This document shows, one piece after another, positions 8,740-18,545 of a DNA stretch of 64,000 nt (position 1 is the first letter of the stretch; every line of letters begins with the position of its first letter). The stretch covers positions 22,316-86,315 of the forward strand of contig CALABP010000055.1 in NCBI GenBank assembly GCA_937885695.1. The letters run 5' to 3'. A program made the translations under genes and the position numbers. The notes beneath the pieces were generated by a model. It was given only the letters and a program-made list of their open reading frames with translations. It had not been told where the DNA came from and searched no databases. The stretch comes from an uncultured Clostridia bacterium. GTDB lineage: Bacteria > Bacillota > Clostridia > Oscillospirales > Acutalibacteraceae.

Positions 8740-10899
8740 TTAAAGCCAAAACTGAATCATTTGCGAAACGTAAGTGAACAGCTCGGGATTTTGCGTGTTG
8801 ATGGTTATATCCGATACCGAGAATATAAGGCAGAACTGATAAAATGCGCTGAAAAGCGAAGCGGCAAACAAAAGCGCGTTTTGCGCGTTATGCTCTTTCT
8901 TCTCGGAGTATTTCTCGTAAAGCGCAAAAATCACAAGCGCCGCCGAGAAAAGGAACATAAACGAAAAGTCGCCGAAATAGCGCTCAAGAAGCCCTGCGCC
9001 CTGCGTATCTACAATAACAACCGTAACGCCGATAATTATCGGCACAATTGTAAAGATGAAAAGCTTTTTTTCTTTCAGCTTGTCTTTTACAAACGGCAAA
9101 AGGAACAGCGCCCACAAAACGGGCGACGTTGCGAAAATACCGCCGAAGCAGTTTTCGTATATCGTTTTGCCGACATAGTTTGTGTTTATCGCGGCAGGCT
9201 TTATAAACGGAAAGATAGCCGAGAACGCCGGCAGCTGGAACAGATATGTGAAAAGCCCCAGCCCTATCCTGCCGAAGTCAAAGCCGCGCACCGTCATATC
9301 GTTTGTTGTAAGGTTGTAGTTTGCGCCGAAATCAAACGGCGACGAAAAACGGATTGCATTGTAATACATAAGCCCCGCGGCAACCGTAATATAAGGCACG
9401 GCAAGCGATAAAAGGTCAAGAATACCGTCTTTTTTCAAGATGTGCTTTTCTTTAAAGAAAAAGCTCCAGAAGATAGGCAGTGCAATAAGCGAAAGAAGAG
9501 TAATCTGCGGTCTGCACCCCGCGACAAGCGCCATTAAAAGCGCGCCGAAGAAGAACCTGAGCCTTCTGTGACGCTCTTCTGTAAGGGCTTTAAGCCAAAG
9601 AAAAATGCCGAACACCGAAAACGTCATCGCCGTAATTATCGGGAGCGAATAAAAGTCGGGCCGTTTTGAAAAGAAAAGTATTCCCGAGCAGTTTATAAAC
9701 AGCAAAAATACAAGAATAAACGAGCCGACCGACTGACCCTTGAACTTTTTCTTTGCTATGAACGAAAGTAAAATGTAAGAGCCGACGGAAAACAGTATCG
9801 CAAACACCGCAATTCCCAAAGCCGTTGGGAACGGCGCTTTGAAAATAAGCCTGAACGGCAGATACATAAGAAGAAGCGGAACTATTCCGAAATAGACGTA
9901 ATAGTGGCCGTTGTAATAGGCAACGTCCCACCGGGCGGTCTGCCCGGCAACGGCGCCCTCCTGACTGCGCGCGGTTGTGTCATAGGGGTTGTCCATATCT
10001 TTAAGAAACTGCGGAACATCGTCATTGTCGATATAAACAACGCCTTTTTCTATAATCGCCTGCGCCAACTGGTCGTATTGGTTGGCGTTTTCATATCTTA
10101 AACGGGTAAGGGTTATGCCTTTTCCAGACCAGCGGTCCTCGTTATAATTTTTTGTTGCAAGCCCCATAAACGCGGGGTTGATGCTTGCAAGAATTATAAA
10201 CAGCGCGCTTTCAAGAATTATTGCGGAGGAGCAGAGTGTTTTTGCAATGTCGGCGTTGTCGCCCAGCTTCATTTTATAAAGCGGCGACGAGGGTTTGAAG
10301 GCATAAAGGAAAATCAGCGCGGCAAACACAAGCAGAATACGCAAAAACGAAAAATCAAAATCCCTTTTGACATTGGCTTTTATGCCGTTAAGACGAATGG
10401 TTTGATTCTCGCCGAGCAAAAACTTAACCGAAATTGTGCTTGAAACGCCTTTTGTGTGAAGGTTTATGCACTGGCTTTTTTTTACGCCGGGGTTTATGCT
10501 TCTTTGCGGTGCCGAGAAAAGGTATTTGTTGCCGTCGTCGGTAAGTCTTATTTCTACGTTTATGCTTGAAGATGTGTCATAAACAAGGTCAAATCTTAAG
10601 TTTTTAATATCTTCGTTCAGCTCGTTAAAAACAAGAAAGCAGTTTGACGAATTAAGCTCATAAACGCCTTCGTCGTTCTCGGTGCCCGAAAGATAGCGGT
10701 CAAGCGAAATTTCTTTATAGTTTCGCGTATTGTAAAAATTGACGTTGAACACGGTAAGCTCCGCTCCGAGCGCCAAAATAAGCGCGCTTGAAAGAAGCAG
10801 CAGAACTTTGGGTACGTTTGTTTTGGCTTTTGCTTTTTTATAAATGAAAGCCGCAGCGGCAACAGAAAAAATGAATGCTGCGAGCATAATATAAATCAT
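8740..10899 (-). CDS. Large polytopic membrane protein, possibly a GT-C-type glycosyltransferase
   Basis: Start moved to MIYIML (ATG 10899) behind GGAGGG. One TM helix, an extracytoplasmic domain of about 190 aa, then more than 12 TM helices. The function is a guess from architecture. Confidence 0.4.
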   Translation of the reverse strand: MIYIMLAAFIFSVAAAAFIYKKAKAKTNVPKVLLLLSSALILALGAELTVFNVNFYNTRNYKEISLDRYLSGTENDEGVYELNSSNCFLVFNELNEDIKNLRFDLVYDTSSSINVEIRLTDDGNKYLFSAPQRSINPGVKKSQCINLHTKGVSSTISVKFLLGENQTIRLNGIKANVKRDFDFSFLRILLVFAALIFLYAFKPSSPLYKMKLGDNADIAKTLCSSAIILESALFIILASINPAFMGLATKNYNEDRWSGKGITLTRLRYENANQYDQLAQAIIEKGVVYIDNDDVPQFLKDMDNPYDTTARSQEGAVAGQTARWDVAYYNGHYYVYFGIVPLLLMYLPFRLIFKAPFPTALGIAVFAILFSVGSYILLSFIAKKKFKGQSVGSFILVFLLFINCSGILFFSKRPDFYSLPIITAMTFSVFGIFLWLKALTEERHRRLRFFFGALLMALVAGCRPQITLLSLIALPIFWSFFFKEKHILKKDGILDLLSLAVPYITVAAGLMYYNAIRFSSPFDFGANYNLTTNDMTVRGFDFGRIGLGLFTYLFQLPAFSAIFPFIKPAAINTNYVGKTIYENCFGGIFATSPVLWALFLLPFVKDKLKEKKLFIFTIVPIIIGVTVVIVDTQGAGLLERYFGDFSFMFLFSAALVIFALYEKYSEKKEHNAQNALLFAASLFSAFYQFCLIFSVSDITINTQNPELFTYVSQMIQFWL

Positions 10900-11051
10900 A
10901 AATTTACCCTCCGTAAAGCGACTTTTTATATTAAACCACAAAACGCTCCGATTGTAAATATTTTGCCGCAAATTATCATATGATATAAAGAAAATTTAAG
11001 AAATTTTCTGTCGTCTTATATTTACATATTTCTTTGAAAGACGGAGGTATT

Positions 11052-11954
11052 ATGAGAAAAATATCAGGCAACACCCCGCTTTTTAGGGCGGAATACATAA
11101 GAATAACGGAAGAGCTGAAAAAAGAATACCCGGCTTTAAGGTTTTGCGAATGCGGAAAAAGCCTTTTGGGAAAAAGCATAGGCGCGATGCTTTTCGGCGA
11201 GGGAGACGAGAAAATTCTTTATGCCGGCGGAACACACGGCACAGAGTGGCTGACATCGCTATTGCTTTTTAAGTTTCTTGAAACGCTTTTATATGAGCAC
11301 CGAAATAACGGCCGCGTGTGCGGCTATGAAGCAAGGGAGCTTTATAAAAAATACACGCTCATAGTCGTTCCCGAAATTAACCCCGACGGAATAGAAATTT
11401 CGCTTAAAGGCGAGGAGGCTTGCGGAGCTTTTTATAAGCTGTGCAAAAACGCGTGCGGCGGCGATTTTTCTCACTGGAACGCAAACGCAAGGGGCGTTGA
11501 CATAAACCACAATTTCAACGCGGGCTGGGCGCTTTTAAGAGAAAAGGAAAAAAACGCGGGCATAGACGGTGCCGCGCCCACAAGATACGGCGGCAAATAC
11601 CCCGAAAGCGAACCCGAAACAAAGGCTATGGTAAGGCTTTGCAGGGGACTTGACATAAAAAGGCTTATAACGTTTCATTCGCAGGGCGAAGAAATATATT
11701 GGGAATACGGGCAGTTTACACCCGAAAAATCGCTTCTCGAAGCAAAAATTCTTGCCGCAGTGTCCGAATACACGCTTGTAAAAAACGAGGGCTTAGCTTC
11801 GTTCGGCGGCTTTAAGGATTGGTTTTGCGAAGAATTTTCACGCCCGGCGTTTACTGTAGAAATCGGCAAAGGCGAAAATCCATTGCCGCTTACACAGCTT
11901 GACGATATTTATGAGCGCCTGAAGGAGCTTTTGACAATAGGACTGATTTTATAA
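11052..11954 (+). CDS. M14 zinc carboxypeptidase / gamma-D-glutamyl-diamino-acid endopeptidase I-like protein
   Basis: GGAGG SD then ATG at 11052. HGTEW (HxxE zinc motif), PEINPDG, WNANARGVDINHNF. Confidence 0.75.
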   Translation: MRKISGNTPLFRAEYIRITEELKKEYPALRFCECGKSLLGKSIGAMLFGEGDEKILYAGGTHGTEWLTSLLLFKFLETLLYEHRNNGRVCGYEARELYKKYTLIVVPEINPDGIEISLKGEEACGAFYKLCKNACGGDFSHWNANARGVDINHNFNAGWALLREKEKNAGIDGAAPTRYGGKYPESEPETKAMVRLCRGLDIKRLITFHSQGEEIYWEYGQFTPEKSLLEAKILAAVSEYTLVKNEGLASFGGFKDWFCEEFSRPAFTVEIGKGENPLPLTQLDDIYERLKELLTIGLIL

Positions 11955-11979
11955 AAACAAATTTGTTAAAAATACCCTC

Positions 11980-12030
11980 TTTACAAAGAACAAATGTTCT
12001 GCTATAATGAGTGCACAAGAACAAATGTTC
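11980..12030 (+). promoter_or_regulatory. sigmaA-type promoter with two LexA (Cheo) boxes controlling dinB
   Basis: TTTACA (11980-11985), 17 nt, TATAAT (12003-12008). GAACAAATGTTC occurs at 11988-11999 and again at 12019-12030 (GAAC-N4-GTTC). Confidence 0.85.
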
Positions 12031-12050
12031 TGTTTGCGGAGGCGTAAAAA

Positions 12051-13256
12051 ATGGACAGAGTCATACTTCACTGTGACTGCAACAGCTTTTTTGCATCGGT
12101 CGAGGCGGCGCTTGACCCAAAACTTAACGAATATGCTTTTGCCGTATGCGGCGACCCCGAGCGCCGCCACGGAATAGTGCTTGCAAAAAACGAAAAAGCG
12201 AAGCGTTTCGGCGTTGTGACGGGTGAGCCGATATGGAAGGCAAAGGCAAAGTGCCCAAAGCTTGTTACGGTTATGCCGACTTACGGAAAGTACAGTGAAT
12301 ATTCAAAGCGCGTTTTTGATATTTATTGCAGATACACAGACCTTGTCGAGCCGTTCGGAATTGACGAATGCTGGCTTGACGTTTCGGGTACGACGCATCT
12401 TTTCGGCGACGGCAAAACGATTGCCGATGAATTGCGGCGCGTTATAAAAAGCGAGGTCGGCATAACAATCTCGGCAGGGGTTTCTTATAACAAAATTTTT
12501 GCCAAAATGGGCAGCGACTACAAAAAGCCCGACGCCACAACGGTTATTGACCGAAATAATTTTAAAGAGCTTCTTTTTCCGCTCCCTGCGGGCGCGCTTT
12601 TGGGCGTGGGCAAAAAAAGCGAAGAGCGCCTTAAAAGTCTCGGCATAAAAACAATCGGCGAAATTGCGAACGCCGACGCAGATGTTTTAAAGACATTTTT
12701 GGGAAAAGGCGGCGAAGAGCTGCACGAATACGCAAACGGCAGAGAGTTTTCTCAGGTTAAGCCCTATTATTACAAAGACGAGCAAAAGTCAATAGGCAAC
12801 GGAATGACTTTTAAGCGCGACATTAAAACCGAAAGCGAGGCTAAAACCTGTATCTATTATATATGCGACAAGGTTTCATCGCGCATGCGAAAGCAGGGCG
12901 TTCTTTGCCGCGACATACAGGTGGCGCTTAAAAATACCGAGCTTTGTACGCGCGTCCGTTCAAAAAAACTGCCGTCGCCGACAGACCTTGCGTTTGAATT
13001 GGCAGATGCGGCTATCAAAACGGTTTTTGAAAGCACGGGCGTTTCGTTTGAGCCTATCAGAGCGATTACCGTCACGGGGACAGGGCTTGTTAAATCAAGC
13101 GATTTCTGCGAACAGCTGTCGCTTTTTGACCTTGATTACAATTTTAAACGCGCGCGTGAAGAAAACCTTGAAAAAACGCGTGACGCCATTGCCGAAAAAT
13201 TCGGAAAAAACGCCGTTAAAAGGTGCTCTTTAATGAAAAACGAATTCGGCATATAA
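12051..13256 (+). CDS. dinB: DNA polymerase IV (Y-family translesion polymerase)
   Basis: ILHCDCNSFFASVE, GIDECWLDV and SAGVSYNKIFAKMGSDYKKP motifs. GGAGG SD. Confidence 0.9.
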   Translation: MDRVILHCDCNSFFASVEAALDPKLNEYAFAVCGDPERRHGIVLAKNEKAKRFGVVTGEPIWKAKAKCPKLVTVMPTYGKYSEYSKRVFDIYCRYTDLVEPFGIDECWLDVSGTTHLFGDGKTIADELRRVIKSEVGITISAGVSYNKIFAKMGSDYKKPDATTVIDRNNFKELLFPLPAGALLGVGKKSEERLKSLGIKTIGEIANADADVLKTFLGKGGEELHEYANGREFSQVKPYYYKDEQKSIGNGMTFKRDIKTESEAKTCIYYICDKVSSRMRKQGVLCRDIQVALKNTELCTRVRSKKLPSPTDLAFELADAAIKTVFESTGVSFEPIRAITVTGTGLVKSSDFCEQLSLFDLDYNFKRAREENLEKTRDAIAEKFGKNAVKRCSLMKNEFGI

Positions 13257-13272
13257 ATCGGGAGGGATAAAT

Positions 13273-13530
13273 TTGCGATGCACCGTTTCGGACTTAAGGT
13301 CCAAAGAAGTAATAAATATGGAAACGGGCTGCCGTATGGGCTGTGTGAGCGACGTCGAAATTGACACTTCGACGGGCTGCCTTTTAAGTATAACGGTTTT
13401 TTGCGGCAAAGGAATATGCGGCGTTTTCGGCAAGGGCGACGAGATTGTCATTTGCTGGCGCGACGTTATCGTGATAGGCGACGACACAATACTTGTAAAA
13501 GCGGGCGGCAGAGGCGCCGTCGGAAAATAA
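13273..13530 (+). CDS. YlmC/YmxH-family sporulation protein (PRC-barrel)
   Basis: TTG start behind GGGAGGG. The family-typical pattern is SDLRSKEVINMETGCRMGCVSDVEIDTSTGCLLSI. Confidence 0.75.
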   Translation: MRCTVSDLRSKEVINMETGCRMGCVSDVEIDTSTGCLLSITVFCGKGICGVFGKGDEIVICWRDVIVIGDDTILVKAGGRGAVGK

Positions 13531-13677
13531 CAAAAAAATGCAGCGAGCCGTCGTCAATTTCAGACAACGGCCCGTTGCATTAATTATTATACTTATAAAA
13601 TAAAAATAGTTGCAGACTGCCAAAAATCAGTTGATAATTTCAAGAAACCTGATGCATACCGAATTGTAAGTTCTTAT

Positions 13678-16155
13678 TTATCGTATTTTTCTTTTGTAAG
13701 TACATCCGGTTTTATGGTAATTGGAGCAACCGAAAAATTCGCCATATGGACCGGTGCGCTTTATCAAATGCCCGCCGCAAAGAGGACATTCAAATTGCTC
13801 TCTTTTCAATTCATCTCCATATTGCTCTTTAAGTTCCATTGCAAATTCAGATTCTCTCCCGTCAACAGTAATGATAAAAGCTTTTTCCTTTGCTCTGGTT
13901 AATGCAACATAAAATAAGCGGCGTTCTTCTGCATTAGGGTATTGGTCGCAATTATCAAGCAATAAATTTAAAATCGGAGCGTCCTGAATCTTGCTCGGAA
14001 AGCCCATTCTTGATTTTTTATTATTTATTATAAAGACATAATCTGCTTGAAGTCCTTTTGATTTGTGCGCTGTCAAGAATGACATATTTAAATCGGGATG
14101 CGATTTTGATTTAACTTCTATAACCCCCTTCGGGTTATTATACTGGCAAGAAAAGAGTCCGCTGTCATCCAATAGCTTTGCATCAAATGAATATCTGCCG
14201 ATAAAAAATACACTGCTCCCTTTAGGAATGTCATTCAGCTTTTTTGACATAAACTCAATTGCATATTTCTCTGTATAGCCGGAAATTTCGCCAAGCGGAA
14301 AACCGGAATTTTCAGGCCTTCCTTTGATGCATTTTTTGATTTGAGCCGGATTTTGCATTATAAATCCGCCGCTTATTTCAATTAGCTTTTGAGAAAATCG
14401 ATATGTAGTTTCAATTTTGCTTACTTCTGTTGCACCCCAGTATTTTGGAAAATTAAGAATAAATCCAATGTCGCTTCCGGCAAAGCGATAAATACTTTGC
14501 CAATCATCACCGACGCAGAAAAGCTCATAATCATTTGATTTGCGCAGACAGTTTAAAAGCATAAAGCGAGCTTTGGATATATCTTGGTACTCATCGACAA
14601 TCACATATTTGTATGGATTGGTGTATTTCCCTTGTCTCACATATTCGGAAGCAATGTTAATCATATCGTTAAAATCAATTTCTTTTTCGCGCAAAAGATA
14701 TTTGCAGTATTCATTAAATATCGGTTCAAGCAACGACAGTAAAATATTGTTCGTTTGAATATTGCTTCCAAAGTGATTTAATTTGCGGACAGTTGCTATA
14801 TCATAACCGTTGCTCTTAATCAGGTTAATCAGTGTTTCAAACAATTCTATAATACCATCAAGTAAAGAATCGCTTTCTGCGGCAACCTGTTCCCACAGTT
14901 CTTTAGAAGATTTTGGAATTAAAGTAACCGAAGCTGCCACAAGTTTCTCTTTCAATGCGTCAAGCAGAATACCCTCAAATTTCTCATAAGCATAGCATTC
15001 AATCATTGTGGTTTGATGTTCACGGTGAGTATCGCGTTTCCACTTCATAGAAGCACGATACGCTTCCGTTGCACTCATTCCGTTTATAGGTTTGAAATAA
15101 GACGGAACTTCTAAGTTTCGGTTGACACCAAAATATTCAATGTAGATATTATAATCGGGAAGATAAAAATCCGGGTGATATTGACCGTATTCGCCGGTAC
15201 GTGTATCAAATTCATAAGGGTGTTCATAAATATAGCGTACGCCGTTTTGTGTCAGAAAATTGCCAATATCCATTTCACCGTAGCTTTTCACTTTTTCATT
15301 ATTAACTGTAGTCGGCGGATTCAATTTCAGATATTCATTATATTCTTCCTGCGATTTGAATTCAAATTCCGATTTTGCCACTACGCGATTATACAGAAGA
15401 TAAGAACTCAGCAAATTGAGATAAGCGTCAGATTGCATATTTAATAAAAGTTGCTCTTTTATAAATTTTCGCAAATTTATTTGTGTGATTTTCGGCATTA
15501 CGCCATTGACCTGCGAGATAATATTCAATCCGAGTTTATGAAATGTTGAAGCAGTGATATTGTGTCCTGTTTCAGCAGAAATGCGTTCGCTCATTTCGGA
15601 AGCGGAAGCGTTGGTAAATGATAATACTAAAATATCTTGCGGTGAACATTTGCCTGTTTTGAGAAGATATTTGATTTTCCCGATGACGGTGGTTGTCTTT
15701 CCTGTACCGGCGCCGGCTATTACCAAATGATTATGAGCTTCTTTGACAATACAGGTCATTTGCTGTTTATCGAGGGTACGCCCCTCAACACCGCCGATAA
15801 GAGCGTAGGCTGACTGTACTTTCATGCTTGCGGCTCGCTCATTGTGTATAATAATGTGTTGCGACATTGAACGTGCAACAGCCGCCAACTTTTGTTGTTT
15901 GGAAGATAAAGCATTATATTGAGCGGCTTTTTTCAGATATTGAATTTTCTGCGTCTCCAAATCTGACAGTATTTGGCTGTTTCGGTTTCTCCATTCCGTT
16001 TCATACCGAGGGTCAATAAATTCTTGCGGCTTTGAAAATGTGGATTTGACCTCCGACAGTGCAGCGTCTATACGAGAAATCAATTCATTGCAAGCGTCAT
16101 TTTGTTCCTGAGCTTTCTGCTGATGATGTTCAATTATATTTTTAATAAACCCCAT
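13678..16155 (-). CDS. UvrD/Rep-type SF1 helicase with an N-terminal coiled coil, an internal PD-(D/E)xK-like block and a C-terminal topoisomerase-type zinc ribbon (helicase IV-like / nuclease-helicase)
   Basis: Helicase motifs: AGAGTGKTTT (I), VIVDEYQD (II), FCVGDDWQSIYRFAGS (III), AHKSKGLQADYVFI (V), FYVALTRAKEKAFI (VI). Insert YHPDFYLPDYNIYIEYFG. C-terminus CPLCGGHLIKRTGPYGEFFGCSNYHKTGC. Confidence 0.8.
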   Translation of the reverse strand: MGFIKNIIEHHQQKAQEQNDACNELISRIDAALSEVKSTFSKPQEFIDPRYETEWRNRNSQILSDLETQKIQYLKKAAQYNALSSKQQKLAAVARSMSQHIIIHNERAASMKVQSAYALIGGVEGRTLDKQQMTCIVKEAHNHLVIAGAGTGKTTTVIGKIKYLLKTGKCSPQDILVLSFTNASASEMSERISAETGHNITASTFHKLGLNIISQVNGVMPKITQINLRKFIKEQLLLNMQSDAYLNLLSSYLLYNRVVAKSEFEFKSQEEYNEYLKLNPPTTVNNEKVKSYGEMDIGNFLTQNGVRYIYEHPYEFDTRTGEYGQYHPDFYLPDYNIYIEYFGVNRNLEVPSYFKPINGMSATEAYRASMKWKRDTHREHQTTMIECYAYEKFEGILLDALKEKLVAASVTLIPKSSKELWEQVAAESDSLLDGIIELFETLINLIKSNGYDIATVRKLNHFGSNIQTNNILLSLLEPIFNEYCKYLLREKEIDFNDMINIASEYVRQGKYTNPYKYVIVDEYQDISKARFMLLNCLRKSNDYELFCVGDDWQSIYRFAGSDIGFILNFPKYWGATEVSKIETTYRFSQKLIEISGGFIMQNPAQIKKCIKGRPENSGFPLGEISGYTEKYAIEFMSKKLNDIPKGSSVFFIGRYSFDAKLLDDSGLFSCQYNNPKGVIEVKSKSHPDLNMSFLTAHKSKGLQADYVFIINNKKSRMGFPSKIQDAPILNLLLDNCDQYPNAEERRLFYVALTRAKEKAFIITVDGRESEFAMELKEQYGDELKREQFECPLCGGHLIKRTGPYGEFFGCSNYHKTGCTYKRKIR

Positions 16156-16633
16156 AGTTTCTTCCTCTTTTGAAATACATATAAGTATTCATCGGTATTT
16201 GAATTTTGCAAGCTTATATGGCAAATTTAATAAGCAATAAAACTTTCTTATTCGTGTAAGGGAAAAATTCAATGACAAAATATTCTTAATTATGTGTTTT
16301 ATTGCGGCAGTCGATACGCAAAGATTTGCGAAAGCGGATTTTGTTTAAGGATATTATAACACAAGTTGTCAAAAACGGCAATGTGTTACGATAAATATCT
16401 ATAAAGCGGCGCGTAATTGCCAAAGCAACAGGGGTTTCGGTAGACATAAATGAATTGAAGCAATATGTTCTGAGAGCTTTGATTTTTAGTGCTTTCGTGC
16501 GTTTAAAACCGTGATTGAAATGCTTCTATTGTACATATGCGGATTCCTTTTGATTTTTTATTAATCCAATAAATCAAGTGTAACAATTACATTGGGATTT
16601 TTTAAAAATGATAAATATTTGCCCTTGAATGTG

Positions 16634-16677
16634 CAAAAACAGACGACACTCAACCAAAGTTGAGTATAGTCTGTTTG
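16634..16677 (-). terminator. Rho-independent terminator ending the spoVA transcript
   Basis: On the minus strand: AAACAGACTATACTCAAC, loop, GTTGAGTGTCGTCTGTTT, then TTTTGC. Confidence 0.65.
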
Positions 16678-16962
16678 ATTTTGATAGCGTTTGATAGGTA
16701 TTGCTATGTGTGTTTATTAGGTTCAAATTCTGTGATGTCGTTGTTGATTGATAACAGCTCGTTGACTTTACGCCTTTTTCATATCCGTTTTAAGCGCCGA
16801 AACCGCCGAGACGGCTTTAAAAAGCGTATACATAACAAGTATGCACGACAAAAGCATTTTGAGTCTTGAAATTCTTTTGAATGTTTTTGTGAATTTTTCA
16901 ATGTTTTTAAGAGTGTTATAACAGCCTTCCGTAAAAATTCCTCCTTTAACTGCGGTGTGCTT

Positions 16963-17976
16963 TCAGTCCGACGAGAGCAAAACTCCGTGCGCTATAGCGG
17001 GTATAGACTCGCCCTGAAGCATAGAGGTCGGCGAAAGAAGCGCGCCCGTCGCCACGAAAAGCACTCGGTTAAGCTCTTTTGTTTTAAGTCTGTTCAGTAT
17101 ATACGAGCACACGACCGAGGCGCTGCAGCCGCACCCCGAGCCGCCGCTGTGAACATCCTGACCGTCAAGGTCAAAAATCATAAGTCCGCAGTCGTTGTGC
17201 ACAGCCGAAATATCAATTCCGTTCTCTTTTAAAAGAAGCTCTTTTAAAAGCCTGCTGCCGGTTTTTCCGAGGTCGCCCGTAAGAATTATGTCGTAATCCT
17301 CGGGAACGCTGTTTGTGTCTTTTAAAAACGAGGCAATTGTGTCAGCCGCGGCGGGCGCCATGGCGGCGCCCATATTGTTTTGGTCTGTTACGCCGTAATC
17401 GCAGACCTTGCCGAAAATAACCGCGTCAACGCGCGGCGCGCCGCCGACGTTTCCTTTAACAACCGCCGCGCCCGCGCCCGTCACCGTCCACTGCGAAGCG
17501 GGCGTTCTTTGGCCGCCGTATTCAAGCGGGTATCTGTATTGCCTTTCGGCAGAGCAAAAGTGCGACGACGTGGCGGCAACCGCAAGCCCCAAAGCGCCGC
17601 CGTCTGTAAGCGTTGCGGCAAGCCCCAAAGAAAGCGCCATTGTAGAGCATGCCCCGTAAAGCCCCGCGAACGGCATTTTTAAATCCCTTAAACCGAACGA
17701 CGAGCCTATACACTGGTTTAAAAGGTCGCCCGAAAGCGTAAGATTTACATTTTCGGGCGACTCGTTTGCTTTTTCAAGCGCTCTTGTAATGGCGTCTTTT
17801 AAAAGAGCCGTTTCAGCCTTTTCAAAGGTTTCGCACCCTACGAATTCATCATCATAGATTTTGTCGAACTCGTTTTTCAAAGGGCCTTCGCCCTCTTTTT
17901 TGCCCGCAACGGCGGCGTTGCCCGTAATTGCGGGGCGCGTGGGCAAAAATATGGTATTTCCGTTTCTTGTCGGCAT
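16963..17976 (-). CDS. spoVAD: Stage V sporulation protein AD
   Basis: Thiolase-like SpoVAD pattern (PAITGNAAVAGKKEGEGPL...FDKIYDD..., 337 aa), directly downstream of spoVAC. Confidence 0.85.
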   Translation of the reverse strand: MPTRNGNTIFLPTRPAITGNAAVAGKKEGEGPLKNEFDKIYDDEFVGCETFEKAETALLKDAITRALEKANESPENVNLTLSGDLLNQCIGSSFGLRDLKMPFAGLYGACSTMALSLGLAATLTDGGALGLAVAATSSHFCSAERQYRYPLEYGGQRTPASQWTVTGAGAAVVKGNVGGAPRVDAVIFGKVCDYGVTDQNNMGAAMAPAAADTIASFLKDTNSVPEDYDIILTGDLGKTGSRLLKELLLKENGIDISAVHNDCGLMIFDLDGQDVHSGGSGCGCSASVVCSYILNRLKTKELNRVLFVATGALLSPTSMLQGESIPAIAHGVLLSSD

Positions 17977-17997
17977 GAAAATTTCCCCCTCTTATGC

Positions 17998-18435
17998 TTA
18001 TACAAGTCCGAAGATGTAGATTATCAACCCGTAAATGCAGGCAGCCGTACAGCCGTAAACGATAACGGGACCCGCAAGATTGAACATTTTTGCGCCCGTT
18101 CCGAGAATCCTGCCTTCGGCGCTGAATTCAACCGCGGGCGAAATTACCGAGTTTGCAAAGCCCGTAATAGGCACAAACGTGCCCGCGCCTGCAACCTTTG
18201 CGATTTTATCGAATACGCCGAACGAGGTGAGTATGGCGGTGAGCACAATAAGGCTTACGGATACGCCGATTTTTACTTCGTCCTCGGTCATATCGGTGGT
18301 TTCAAAAAAACTTCTTAAAGCTTGCCCAAGACAGCAAATTCCGCCGCCGAAAACAAAAGCCGATAAAAGGTCTTTTAAAAGAGGTGATTTGTCGGTAGAG
18401 GCGCCGACCATTTTTAAATATTCGGAATTAGTCAT
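17998..18435 (-). CDS. spoVAC: Stage V sporulation protein AC
   Basis: Start moved to ATG 18435 behind GGGAGG. FVFGGGICCLGQ...GAGTFVPITGFANSVISPAVEFSAEG...GAKMFNLAGPVIVYG is the SpoVAC signature. Confidence 0.85.
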   Translation of the reverse strand: MTNSEYLKMVGASTDKSPLLKDLLSAFVFGGGICCLGQALRSFFETTDMTEDEVKIGVSVSLIVLTAILTSFGVFDKIAKVAGAGTFVPITGFANSVISPAVEFSAEGRILGTGAKMFNLAGPVIVYGCTAACIYGLIIYIFGLV

Positions 18436-18545
18436 AATACCTCCCAAAATTTTTATTTCGGAAATAATTGTAACCGATTTTTGGAAATTTATACGTAAAA
18501 AAGCCGCAATTCGCATGAACGGCGAATTGCGGTGTGTTAATTGTT

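Larger units (their letters stand above)
13560..16955. other. Low-G+C islet carrying one helicase gene and about 0.8 kb of gene-free AT-rich DNA
   Basis: The composition changes visibly from GC-rich flanks to AT-rich sequence at about 13560 and about 16955. I did not compute exact G+C values. Confidence 0.6.

Noticed and set aside
16660-16869. 69-aa plus-strand ORF in the AT-rich region downstream of spoVAD.
   Set aside because: It starts inside the minus-strand terminator hairpin, has no SD and has a basic low-complexity tail. The opposite-strand small ORF has the better translation signals.
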